NCBI GenBank assembly: GCA_038206395.1
Contig: JBBRAX010000061.1
Coordinates: 1-46,654 of the forward strand
Length of the DNA: 46,654 nucleotides
DNA from: Myxococcales bacterium
Lineage (GTDB): Bacteria > Myxococcota > Myxococcia > Myxococcales > Myxococcaceae
Reading direction: 5' to 3'
Shown: in pieces, positions 23,901 through 32,182 of the stretch
Position numbering within the stretch: position 1 is the stretch's first letter
How the letters are laid out: the number at the start of each line of letters is the position of its first letter
The notes under the pieces: model-generated
The model's input: the letters and a program-made list of their open reading frames with translations, nothing else
Databases searched by the model: none
Told to the model about the DNA's origin: nothing
Program-made: the position numbers and the translations under genes

Positions 23901-26415
23901 GCACGACGCCGACGCCGCGCTGATTCTCGACACAGTGCTGAAGCTTCGCGATGCCGCGGGGCTGCTGCGGTTCGGTGGGACGCCTCGCGCCTGGGCGACG
24001 CTGTACTGGGCCGAGCTCGAAGACGCGGCGCTGCGGGCGACCCTTCACCGCCGGGCGCAGAGCCTGGGGCGCTTGAAGGAAAAATGGGCGGCCGCGAAGG
24101 AAGGCGATCAGCTCGCTGCCGAGCTCGCGGCGAAGATTCAAGCGTTCGCCGATGCGCAGAACCTCACCGCCACGTCCTCCGACCTCGCCAGCGCCGGCCG
24201 TTACCTCGTCGAAGAGCTCGCCAGTGCCACTGCGCGGTTCGTGGTCAGCGCCGACGCGGTGTCCTTGCGCGAAGGCCTCTGGCAGCAACTCGAGGTCGCG
24301 GGCAGCCGTGCGTCGCTCGAAGCGGACCTCGAAGCGCTCGCGAAGCAGCCCGGTGAGAAGTTTCGCCTCGCCCGCGCGTGGCTCGCGGCCTTCGTCGGGA
24401 GCCAGGGCGTCGCCGGTGCGCGGTGGTCGCGATCAATCGACGAGGCGGCCGCGCTGCTGGCGGTGGACGAACGGAAGGTTGCGCGCGCCCCGTCGGCGGC
24501 GGCGCTCGAGGCAGAGGTCAGCGGGCTGTTGGGTCTTCACCCGCGGGTGAGCGCGAATCGTTTGACCGTGCGGCTCGACGGGTTCATGGGCCGGCTCACT
24601 GCCTTCGTGACCGAGCGTCTGCCCCGCTACCAGGCGTACCGTGCGACACTGCGAGATTTGCTCGAGCGTGAAAGGAAGCGGCTCAAGCTCGACGAGCTGA
24701 AGCCCAAGGTGCTCTCGAGCTTCGTGCGCAACCGGCTGATCGACGAGGTCTACCTGCCGCTGATCGGCTCGAACCTCGCCAAGCAGTTGGGAGCGGCCGG
24801 CGCTGCCAAGCGCACCGACAACATGGGCCTGCTGCTGCTCATCTCGCCGCCCGGCTACGGCAAGACGACGCTGATGGAGTACGTCGCGGCGCGCCTGGGG
24901 CTCACCTTCGTGAAGGTGAACGGGCCGGCGCTGGGGCACGAGGTGTCGTCGGTGGATCCGGCGGAAGCTCCGAACGCGACGGCGCGGCAGGAGGTCGAGC
25001 GCATCAACTTCGCGTTCGAGCTCGGCAACAACGTGATGCTGTACCTCGACGACATCCAGCACACGAACCCCGAGCTGCTGCAGAAGTTCATCTCGTTGTG
25101 CGACGCCCAGCGAAAGGTCGAAGGCGTGTGGGGCGGGGTCACGCGCACCTACGACTTCCGCGGCAAGAAGTTCTGCGTGGTGATGGCGGGCAACCCGTAC
25201 ACCGAGTCGGGCGATCGCTTTCAGATCCCCGACATGCTCGCGAACCGCGCCGACACCTACAACCTGGGTGATCTGGTCGCGGGGAAAGAGCATCTCTTTT
25301 CGCTCAGCTACCTCGAGAACTCGCTGACCTCGAACCCGGCGCTCGCTGCGCTGGCGACGCGGCCGCCGAAAGACGTGCACGCGTTGATTCGGATGGCGCA
25401 GGGCGAAGACGTGCCGCAGACCGAGCTGTCGCACGCGTACTCGGCGGTCGAGCTGTCAGAGATCACCGAGGTGATGAAGCGGCTGTTCCGGGTGCAGAAC
25501 ACGCTGCTCAAGGTGAACCAGCAGTACATCGCGTCGGCCAGCCAGGACGATCGCTTTCGCACCGAGCCGCCCTTCAAGTTGCAGGGCAGCTACCGCAACA
25601 TGAACAAGATTTCCGAGAAGGTCGCCGCGGTGATGACCGAGGACGAGGTCGAACGCGTGCTCGACGCCCACTACAACGGCGAGTCGCAGACGCTGACCAC
25701 TGCTGCCGAAGTGAACCTGTTGAAGCTCGCGGAGCTCCGCGGCCGCCAGTCGCCGCAGCAGATCGAACGGTGGAAAGAACTGAAGGGCGGGTACGTGCGG
25801 GTGCTGCGCATGGGTGGCGCCGAGGATGATCCAGTGGTTCGGGTCACCGGTACGCTCGCCGCGCTGGGCACCGAGCTGGCGAGCATTCGAGATGCAGTCG
25901 CCGCGCCCGAGGCCCTGGGGCCGAAGCTCGATGCGCTCGCCGAAGCACTTCGCGGTGGGACGCTGGGTGACAAGCTCGATGAGCTGCGCGGCGCGGTGGT
26001 CACGGCGGCGAAGCACTTCCCTCATGCGGCGGATTTCGAGCCGGTGCTCAAGCAGCTGCTGGCCGTTCGTCCTGCGACTCCTGATTTGTCGCCGCTGCTC
26101 GAGAAGCTCGCCGCCCATCGGGCTCCCGACTTGTCACCGCTGCTCGAGAAGCTCGTCGCTGCGATGGCTGAACGGCCGGCGACGACCGTCGTACCGCCCG
26201 GCCTGGCGCCGAAGAAGTCGCGCGAGATGCTGCCCGAGGACGTCGACAAGCAGCTCGCGTTGCTTCGCGAAAGTCTGGCCCCACTCGCCAGGGCCGCGCG
26301 TGCGTCGCTGCAGGCCGACACCGAAGGCTCGCTGAGCGCCGTCGTCGTCTGGGAACAGGTGAACCAGGCGCTCGAGCTGCTCAAGCTGCTCGGCGTGCGC
26401 GCGTCACGGAAGTAG
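20971..26415 (+). CDS. Giant (1814 aa) uncharacterized protein with C-terminal MoxR/AAA_5-type AAA+ ATPase module
   Basis: The ORF starts 12 bp after the flotillin stop. Walker A LLLISPPGYGKTTLMEY (GYGKTT at nt 24853-24870, residues 1295-1300). Walker B-like VMLYLDDIQHTNPELLQKF. Sensor-1/Arg-finger-like KKFCVVMAGNPY...IPDMLANRADTYNLG, resembling MoxR (FFVLATQNP...LDRF). About 1250 N-terminal residues without motifs I recognise; the middle is coiled-coil rich (about residues 480-900). Near-duplicate PDLSPLLEKLAA peptide at 26079-26159. Confidence 0.8.
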   Translation: MAEQPEQKEAALEGGSYEVIRARLLKQAGELGARVEALNARRRQEFGGQELTVIGNDRVRTEHNCVPRNIVPVGRHLLLGFNVFMGLKQERALSDVFSLHKFEKTGEGAFDFGPVPATEAGGFLVDRRLQKDFDELTRYYKDAKLDRLTRTDARMLAVFRTGQTARDIKVLRFSVDGQGLPTYLDNRGEADLPQAKTHDFEWTRCSREAHVTGKHPHINVLDEIFVETVKGDLTIKVENNTETGQGVYSEPVDDPDQALDDAEFYFAKVGVLILLKVLPFREQKYRYLVFNSRTQSVARLDAIGVSCIGLPEDQGIIFPGGYVLQTGEVKTFEGDVTNLTFKRVVRSPNGEDVLYVFYSPVDGRYVLLPYNLVRKEVLNPIHCHGYALFPDGQMVTFRSASSEPTRVHPMQVWTTPFVSAEVAAAAPKSTSFLGKVGNAELVRGVSDAFTLKRMAEAPSPTRRTFEDLSKACERLTDAYYWLGNAEIGLREVVAELQRASELIVDEFEKVQALQRTAREAIATAATQQDELIKRLTPEDLRSTDAFMDALSSLRKQRGRLITLKDLRFIDAEKLQTLEQQIVAAFENVSLGCVAFLAQDSALTPVVENIDRIGAQAPQVTRNSELQPIAAELEKVGEGLDVLGEVVGGLKVGDPTVRAGILERISDVFGRLNRVRAIIQGRAKDLGSKERRSEFGAQFKLLSLSIESALSLTDTPDKADEQLARLSTQLEELEGRFSEFDEFTGEVGNKREELFEAFGARKQALVDERQRRAANMFTAAERILEGVGRRAKALKDDDALNAYFAGDPMIDKLRALSAQLLELGDSVKSDELDSRLKTARQDALRSMRDQQELFEEGTNVIKLGTHRFNVNTQPLELTVLPKDGALHEHLTGTDFSQRLDAPELLAAKDLWDQTLPSESPDVYRAEFLAAQVLFAAEAGDQGLTLETLREAAREKDALTVVCRKWAADRFDEGYERGLHDADAALILDTVLKLRDAAGLLRFGGTPRAWATLYWAELEDAALRATLHRRAQSLGRLKEKWAAAKEGDQLAAELAAKIQAFADAQNLTATSSDLASAGRYLVEELASATARFVVSADAVSLREGLWQQLEVAGSRASLEADLEALAKQPGEKFRLARAWLAAFVGSQGVAGARWSRSIDEAAALLAVDERKVARAPSAAALEAEVSGLLGLHPRVSANRLTVRLDGFMGRLTAFVTERLPRYQAYRATLRDLLERERKRLKLDELKPKVLSSFVRNRLIDEVYLPLIGSNLAKQLGAAGAAKRTDNMGLLLLISPPGYGKTTLMEYVAARLGLTFVKVNGPALGHEVSSVDPAEAPNATARQEVERINFAFELGNNVMLYLDDIQHTNPELLQKFISLCDAQRKVEGVWGGVTRTYDFRGKKFCVVMAGNPYTESGDRFQIPDMLANRADTYNLGDLVAGKEHLFSLSYLENSLTSNPALAALATRPPKDVHALIRMAQGEDVPQTELSHAYSAVELSEITEVMKRLFRVQNTLLKVNQQYIASASQDDRFRTEPPFKLQGSYRNMNKISEKVAAVMTEDEVERVLDAHYNGESQTLTTAAEVNLLKLAELRGRQSPQQIERWKELKGGYVRVLRMGGAEDDPVVRVTGTLAALGTELASIRDAVAAPEALGPKLDALAEALRGGTLGDKLDELRGAVVTAAKHFPHAADFEPVLKQLLAVRPATPDLSPLLEKLAAHRAPDLSPLLEKLVAAMAERPATTVVPPGLAPKKSREMLPEDVDKQLALLRESLAPLARAARASLQADTEGSLSAVVVWEQVNQALELLKLLGVRASRK

Positions 26416-26419
26416 CGAC

Positions 26420-28651
26420 CTACTTCGGCGTGTTCGTGAACGGCACGTGGTCGCGGCACGGCTGGCCGCGCAGCGACGGGCAGGGCGGCGCCATCGGCGG
26501 AGCGACGACTCCCATCACCACCGGCAACACCACGCTCGACGGCCTCAGCGCGTCGTGGCCGATCGCGTGCTTCACCTCGACGTCGTACTTCGCGTTGTCG
26601 AAGCGCCAGTCGGCCCGCGTGCCGCCGGGCGTATCGACGGTGACCTTCACCTTAGAGCCGGCCCGCATCACGTGCGCGAAGCCCGCAGTCGGCACGCGCA
26701 CCAGCGTCCACGCACCGGGAACCAGCGGCGCCCAGTTCTTCTGCTCGAAGGTCTGGTCTGGCCAGGTCTGCGTCGACGCCGGCCCCGGCATGCGGTGGCC
26801 CGCGCGCATCCACCCCGACTGCACGTACATCTCTTTTCCGTCGGCCCGCACTTCCGACAGCGTCACCTGCAGGTCGGCCCCCGTCACCTTGGCATTCACC
26901 CAGAGGTCGACGCTCGCCGTCCCAATCATCGCCAGGTCCGCAGCGAGCGCCGCGCCTTCGAACACCACCCCGTCGCCGGCGACGGGCTGCTTCCAGTCGT
27001 ACTTCGGCAGCTTGTCCCAGATGCCTCCACCAGCCGCGAGCACACCGCGCGCCCCCTGGAGCGGATCGAGCCGGAAGGTCGAGGCCGAGTCGGCGACCGT
27101 CGGCGCGACCGCGTCCAGCGACCCGTTCGGCTGGAAGAAGAGCCGCGTCGCCACCGTCGGCGGCGGCCACGACGGGAAGCTCTGTTCGTAGAGTCCCTTC
27201 GGCGCGCCGAGATCGTTCGGGTCACCCGCGCCGTTCTCGAAGATGACGCGCAGCTTTGGCTCGGCCTTCCACGCGGCCACCGCTTCGTCGTACGTCGCGT
27301 AGTTGCGAAAGCGCGTCTCGGGGAAGGTCATCTTCGATTGGTAGACGCTGTCGAAGATGAAGGGCGCGAAGTTCCGCAGTTTCGGATCGAGCGGGATCCG
27401 CTTCGCGACGAACAGCTCGAGGAACACCTGCCACTCGGCCAGCACCTGCGGCGCCAGGCCGTCGATGTGGACGCCGTTCGTCGCCGTCATCCGCAGCGCC
27501 GGCGCGTTCTTGAACTTGTCGAACAACGTGAAGAAGTAGGGCCCGGTCTGCTCGTCTTGCCACTGGTTCACCAGGAACACCGGCACTTCAATCTTCTCGG
27601 CCAGCACCGTCGGGTTCAGCCGGTCGTGCTCGCGCGGATCGTAGAACTCGATCAACCGCGCCTGCGCGACGTTGTCGATCAGCTGCCCGTGCAGCAGCTG
27701 GTTCTCTTTGCAGAGCTCGTCTCCGGCATCGACGCGCGCCTGTTCCCAGCCCTGCCCATACGGCACCGCCTTGCTGAGCACGTTCTTCACCCAGCTCAGC
27801 GCGAAGCCGTCGTTCAGGATTCCGCCCGGCAACAGCGTCGACGCCGTATTGCCAATCACGCTCATCGGAGCGATCGCTGCCAGGCTCGGCGGCTTCTCGG
27901 CCGCGACGAACATCTGCGAGATGCCCGGGTACGAGAGGCCGACCATGCCGACCTTGTGGTGCAGCGCCCAGCTCTGCGCGGCGACGATCTCGATGATGTC
28001 GTAGCCGTCGAGCACCTGCATCGGCTCGAAGTAGTCATACGCGCCGCCCGAGCAGCCCGTGCCGCGCATGTTCACGCTCACCGTCGCGTACCCCGACATG
28101 CCCGCCAGCAACGCGCTGCCGTCGTACGGCGGGGTGCAGACCACTGGAAAATCAGAGCAGAGGAACTCGAAGCCCATCTGCGGCTTGCCCGGCTTCGACG
28201 CCGAGTAGCCCGAGTAGTTCACCACCGTCGGGAAGCGGCCCTTGTCCGAGCCGGGCAGGGTGACCCAGGCCGACAGCGTGGTGCCATCGCGCATCGTCAG
28301 GTAGTTGAAGCCCGCGACCAGCGGCTGCGACGTGTACAGGTCGGGCTTCGGCGTGCTGGATGCGACGGACATCACCGTCATCGCCTTGCTCTGCTCCGTC
28401 GGGTTCGCGTCCTTGATGCGGACCACGTAGCCCTCGCCCGGTGGCAGCTTGCGGAAGACGAAGCTGCCGAGCGTGTCGGCGGTGCCGGTGGCGATGACTG
28501 CGCCTTTGCCGTCGCGCGCCTCGAGCACGGTGCCCGGCTCCGCGTGGGTGACGTGCAGCTGCTCGACGCTGGCGAGCACGGTGAACTTCGCTTCCTTGAC
28601 TGGGTTGCAGGCCAGCATCAACAGGGTGGCGACGGCGAACCAGGTGCGCAT
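26420..28651 (-). CDS. CocE/NonD family hydrolase (S15 Xaa-Pro dipeptidyl-peptidase-like), lipoprotein/secreted
   Basis: 743 aa. N-terminus MRTWFAVATLLMLAC (lipobox-like). GMVGLSYPG nucleophile elbow (GxSxG-type) in an alpha/beta hydrolase context. Large C-terminal beta domain typical of the CocE/NonD family. Confidence 0.8.
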   Translation of the reverse strand: MRTWFAVATLLMLACNPVKEAKFTVLASVEQLHVTHAEPGTVLEARDGKGAVIATGTADTLGSFVFRKLPPGEGYVVRIKDANPTEQSKAMTVMSVASSTPKPDLYTSQPLVAGFNYLTMRDGTTLSAWVTLPGSDKGRFPTVVNYSGYSASKPGKPQMGFEFLCSDFPVVCTPPYDGSALLAGMSGYATVSVNMRGTGCSGGAYDYFEPMQVLDGYDIIEIVAAQSWALHHKVGMVGLSYPGISQMFVAAEKPPSLAAIAPMSVIGNTASTLLPGGILNDGFALSWVKNVLSKAVPYGQGWEQARVDAGDELCKENQLLHGQLIDNVAQARLIEFYDPREHDRLNPTVLAEKIEVPVFLVNQWQDEQTGPYFFTLFDKFKNAPALRMTATNGVHIDGLAPQVLAEWQVFLELFVAKRIPLDPKLRNFAPFIFDSVYQSKMTFPETRFRNYATYDEAVAAWKAEPKLRVIFENGAGDPNDLGAPKGLYEQSFPSWPPPTVATRLFFQPNGSLDAVAPTVADSASTFRLDPLQGARGVLAAGGGIWDKLPKYDWKQPVAGDGVVFEGAALAADLAMIGTASVDLWVNAKVTGADLQVTLSEVRADGKEMYVQSGWMRAGHRMPGPASTQTWPDQTFEQKNWAPLVPGAWTLVRVPTAGFAHVMRAGSKVKVTVDTPGGTRADWRFDNAKYDVEVKHAIGHDALRPSSVVLPVVMGVVAPPMAPPCPSLRGQPCRDHVPFTNTPK

Positions 28652-28661
28652 GCTGACGTCC

Positions 28662-29093
28662 TTACTTCTTTTCGGCCCGCTGGGCGTCGTACCACTGGGG
28701 CAGCGACCTCACCTGGGCCTGGTCGTCGATCGCGATGTTCAGCGCCCGCAGCCGGTCGAACAGCTGATTCGTCGCCTCGCCGGGCAGCGCTCTGGGCCCC
28801 TTGATGCGGTGACAGAAGAACGTTCGGCACCCCAGCGGGCGGTGCTCGTAGACGGTGCACCGCAACCCGGCCGCATCGAGAAACGGGCAGCCGCCATCGG
28901 GGCGTGGAGGAGGCAGGGGCCCCTGCTGAACCAGGAGCTGCCACTCGCTGGGCCACAGCCACGGCGGGCGGCCAGTGGTCTTCAGCTGGCAGCACTCGGC
29001 GCTGCCGGGACACGAGTGCCTGCCCCACTCGGCGTCGGCCTTCTTCAACACCGAGCGCGTCTCGTTCAACGCTTTGCGAAGCAGGGGGTCCAT
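28662..29093 (-). CDS. YkgJ family cysteine-cluster protein (putative zinc/iron-chelating domain, UPF0153)
   Basis: 143 aa. Cys pattern HSCPGSAECCQL...GCPFLD...LRCTVYEHRPLGCRTFFC, characteristic of the CxxCxxCC YkgJ family. 10 bp upstream of the CocE/NonD gene on the same strand. Confidence 0.7.
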   Translation of the reverse strand: MDPLLRKALNETRSVLKKADAEWGRHSCPGSAECCQLKTTGRPPWLWPSEWQLLVQQGPLPPPRPDGGCPFLDAAGLRCTVYEHRPLGCRTFFCHRIKGPRALPGEATNQLFDRLRALNIAIDDQAQVRSLPQWYDAQRAEKK

Positions 29094-29133
29094 TCGTCAG
29101 TTCGTGAGTGTACGCGCAGGCTAGGCGCGTTAG

Positions 29134-29158
29134 CTTGCCGCGCCTCATTCGCGGCAAG
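29134..29158 (+). promoter_or_regulatory. 9-bp stem hairpin (CTTGCCGCG / CGCGGCAAG, 7-nt loop) overlapping the Shine-Dalgarno of the downstream zinc-ribbon membrane protein gene
   Basis: 29134-29142 is the reverse complement of 29150-29158. The GGGGGAAG RBS (29158-29165) overlaps the 3' arm; the ATG is at 29168. The hairpin could occlude the RBS. Confidence 0.3.
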
Positions 29159-29167
29159 GGGGAAGCC

Positions 29168-30160
29168 ATGCAGGATCCACAGATGATTGGCGGCGGAGCG
29201 AAGTGCGCTGTTCACGTCGACCGCATCGCCACCCGCACCTGCGCGCGCTGCGGCAATTTCACCTGCGACGAATGCAACCTGGGCGGCTCTGAGCCCCAGT
29301 GCCCGGCCTGCCGCGCCATCTCGGGCAGCGACGCCTGGCCCTTCTCTCGCGACGCCTACAGCTTCGACGGCATCTGGACCCAGGCGCTCGAACGCTTCAA
29401 GGCCGAGTGGATCATGCTGTCGGTCAGCGTCCTGATTCTGATGGCGGTCGGCATGGTGGCCGGCATCTTCAACTCGATTTTCCAGACTGTGGCGCGGCTC
29501 GCGGTCGGTGAGCGCGGCGGTACGATGGGCATCATCTGGGTCACCGTCGTCTCGACGCTGATGTCGCAGCTGGTGTCGATGATCATTCAGGGCACCTTCA
29601 CGATGGGGCTCTTCCGGATCATCATCGACGTCCTGCACGGCAAGAAGGCAGACGTTGGCCGCATCCTCACCCAGCTGCCGAAGCTTCCCCGGTACATCGT
29701 TCAGACCTTCCTCTTCTTCGTGATGATCGGCCTCCCGATGCTGCTGTACGTCGTCCTGCTCGGCGTCGTGGCGGCAGTGGTGACGGGCGTCGGGCTTTCG
29801 GACCCGAGCAACTTCGATCGCCTCTTCAAGGGCGCCGGCATCGGGGTGCTCGTGATCGGCTTCCTCGCGGCGCTGCCCATCATCTACTACTTCACGTTGC
29901 CGCTGATGTTCGCGACGATGGAGCTGGTCTACGGCGACTCGCCGCCCGTCGAATCGATTCGCCGCGCGTTCGTGATCGCCAGGGGCCACCGTTGGAGCAT
30001 CATCGGCTTCGGCCTGATCTCGTTACTTGTCGTGCTCGTTGGTCTCCTCGCGTGCTGCGTCGGCATCATCCCGGCCGTCGCGCTCGTTTACATGTTGCTG
30101 GTCGGCCTCTACCTCTCGCTGCGAAACGGCTCGGGCCTGCCGCCCCCGGTCGAGAGCTAA
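29168..30160 (+). CDS. Membrane protein with N-terminal double zinc ribbon (CxxC x4)
   Basis: The ORF is open from the GTG at 29108; the ATG at 29168 (MQDPQMIGGGAKCAVH) is preceded by GGGGGAAG. N-terminal CAVH...CARCGNFTCDECN...CPACR, followed by about 6 predicted TM helices. Family unknown. Confidence 0.65.
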   Translation: MQDPQMIGGGAKCAVHVDRIATRTCARCGNFTCDECNLGGSEPQCPACRAISGSDAWPFSRDAYSFDGIWTQALERFKAEWIMLSVSVLILMAVGMVAGIFNSIFQTVARLAVGERGGTMGIIWVTVVSTLMSQLVSMIIQGTFTMGLFRIIIDVLHGKKADVGRILTQLPKLPRYIVQTFLFFVMIGLPMLLYVVLLGVVAAVVTGVGLSDPSNFDRLFKGAGIGVLVIGFLAALPIIYYFTLPLMFATMELVYGDSPPVESIRRAFVIARGHRWSIIGFGLISLLVVLVGLLACCVGIIPAVALVYMLLVGLYLSLRNGSGLPPPVES

Positions 30161-31326
30161 CTCGCCCGCAGCACGAAGCACTTCAGGTAGCGCGTCTCGC
30201 GAAGGCCCAGCAACACTGGGTGGTCCTTTCCCGCGCCGCGCTTTTCGACAATCTGAATCCGGCGCTTCGCGTCGGCTGCGGCCGAGTCGAGCATGGCTTC
30301 GAACTCGTTCTCGGGCACGTGGTAGGTGCAGCTCGCCGTGATCAGGTACCCGCCCGGGTTCAGCAGCTGCATCGCCCGCAGGTTGATTTCCTTGTACCCG
30401 CGAATGGCCGCTTCGATCGCGTTCTTGTTCTTCGCGAAGCTCGGCGGGTCGAGGACGATCGTGTCGTACTTCTTTCCCTCGTCGACCATGTCACGAAGAA
30501 AGTCGAAGGCGTTGGCGGTGACGACGTCGACGTTCGAGAGGTTGTTCAGCTTCGCGGCGACGACAATCTGCCCGCACGCCGCGTCTGAGATCTCGACCGC
30601 GGTGACCCGCTTCGCCTTCCGCGCCAGCTGCAGCGCGAAGCCGCCGTGGTACGAAAAGCAGTCCAGCGACTCGCCGAACGCGTAGTTGCCCGCGACGACG
30701 TGGTTCTCACGCTGGTCGAGAAACGCACCAGTCTTCTGCCCATTGATCAGGTCGGCGCGGAGCTCGATCGAACCTTCGTTGTAGCTGACCGCGGGGGGCA
30801 CCTCGCCGCGCATCACTCCCTTCTCGAGCGCGAGGCCTTCGAGCGCGCGAACGCCGACGTCTGACCGGTTCACGATGCCCTTCGGCTTGAAGTGCGCGAC
30901 CAGCAGGTCGGCGATCAGCTCTTTTCTCTGCTCGACGCCGGGCACGAGGAACTGCACGGAAAGATAGTCACCGAAGCGGTCGACGACCAGACCCGGAATG
31001 CCGTCGGCCTCGCCGTGAATGACGCGGTAGGTGGTCTCGCCCGGGTAGGCGTCTTTGCGAAGCTGATCGGCCGAGACGATGCGCGCCTTGAAGAACGCTT
31101 CGTCGATCGGCCGGTCTTCCCAGGTCAGCCAGCGCAGCGAGATCTTCGACTCGCGCGAGAAGAAGGCCTGCCCGAGGAAGAAGTTCCGGTGGTCGGTGAC
31201 CTGCACCACCTCGCCCCCCATCAGCGACTTCGGGGCCTCGACATCCGATTGGTAGATCCACGGGTGGGCGTTCGTCCAACGTTCGACGCCCCGGCGCGAC
31301 AGCTTCACCTTCTTGCCTTCGCTCAC
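30157..31326 (-). CDS. rlmI: 23S rRNA (cytosine1962-C5)-methyltransferase RlmI-like (PUA + class I SAM methyltransferase)
   Basis: The ORF is open to 31422; the GTG at 31326 gives 389 aa beginning VSEGKKVKLSRRGVERWTNAHPWIY, as E. coli RlmI (LVLAKGREKSLLRRHPWVF). SAM-MTase core with DPPSFAKNK, as DPPKF in RlmI. Confidence 0.75.
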   Translation of the reverse strand: MSEGKKVKLSRRGVERWTNAHPWIYQSDVEAPKSLMGGEVVQVTDHRNFFLGQAFFSRESKISLRWLTWEDRPIDEAFFKARIVSADQLRKDAYPGETTYRVIHGEADGIPGLVVDRFGDYLSVQFLVPGVEQRKELIADLLVAHFKPKGIVNRSDVGVRALEGLALEKGVMRGEVPPAVSYNEGSIELRADLINGQKTGAFLDQRENHVVAGNYAFGESLDCFSYHGGFALQLARKAKRVTAVEISDAACGQIVVAAKLNNLSNVDVVTANAFDFLRDMVDEGKKYDTIVLDPPSFAKNKNAIEAAIRGYKEINLRAMQLLNPGGYLITASCTYHVPENEFEAMLDSAAADAKRRIQIVEKRGAGKDHPVLLGLRETRYLKCFVLRAS

Positions 31327-32174
31327 AGCGAGATCACCTCGTCCACCGTCACCTGCCCCGTGCCTTCTTCTTTCACTGTGCACGCCGCGATGTGCGGGTC
31401 GTGCTCGAGGAAGAGGATCCACTTCTCTTCCAGCGCCTGCGCCAGCAGCTGGCGCTTCTCTTCGATCACCGTCAAGGGATACAGGTCGTACGCCGCCACC
31501 CAGGGCGCGCGAAGGTGCGACGCAGTGGGGACGAGATCGCCGCAGTACACCAGCGTCTGGTCAGCGTCTTCGACGCGCACCAGCTGTAGCCCGACGGTGT
31601 GCCCTTCGCTGACGAAGAGGTGCAGCCCTTCGTAGAGCTCGGTGGCGCCTTCGAGCAGGTGCAAGCGGCCGCTGGACTCGAGCGCGGCAAAGTCTTCGCG
31701 GCGAAAGCTGGCGGCGTCTTTCTCGCTGGGCTGGTGGGCCCATTTCCAGTGGCGGCGCTGCAGGTGGTAGGTCGCGTTCGGAAAAGCGAGGCAGCCATCG
31801 CGCGTGGTGCCGCCCGCGTGGTCGAAGTGCAGGTGGGTGAGCACGACGTCGGTGATGTCGGCGCGGGTCAGGCCCGCGCGCAACAGCTCGCGCTCGAGAT
31901 CCGTCTTGCTGTGATCGATGCCATACATGTCGCGGAACTTGCCTGACCACGCGCTGCCAATGCCGTCGTCGACGAGCACCCGGCGCTTGCCGTCGACGAT
32001 GAGCAGGCAGCGCACCGCCAGCTGAATGCGGTTTCGTTCGTCGGGAGGAAACTTCTTTTCCCACAGCGGCCGCGGGACGACGCCAAACATCGCCCCGCCG
32101 TCGAGGGCGATCGCGCCATCGCGAACTTCGTGCAAGGTGAACCGGCCCAGGGTGTACGGCATCGCGGGGCGCAT
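31323..32174 (-). CDS. MBL-fold metallo-hydrolase
   Basis: 283 aa. Metallo-beta-lactamase motif VVLTHLHFDHAGG (HxHxDH) plus downstream His/Asp ligands. Its TGA stop overlaps the rlmI GTG start. Confidence 0.75.
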   Translation of the reverse strand: MRPAMPYTLGRFTLHEVRDGAIALDGGAMFGVVPRPLWEKKFPPDERNRIQLAVRCLLIVDGKRRVLVDDGIGSAWSGKFRDMYGIDHSKTDLERELLRAGLTRADITDVVLTHLHFDHAGGTTRDGCLAFPNATYHLQRRHWKWAHQPSEKDAASFRREDFAALESSGRLHLLEGATELYEGLHLFVSEGHTVGLQLVRVEDADQTLVYCGDLVPTASHLRAPWVAAYDLYPLTVIEEKRQLLAQALEEKWILFLEHDPHIAACTVKEEGTGQVTVDEVISL

Positions 32175-32182
32175 CCTCGCAC

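Noticed and set aside
26079-26159. 45-bp-period near-duplicate inside the giant ATPase gene as a separate repeat element
   Set aside because: It is in-frame coding duplication (PDLSPLLEKLAA x2) within a low-complexity tail, not an independent element. Mentioned under the ATPase finding.
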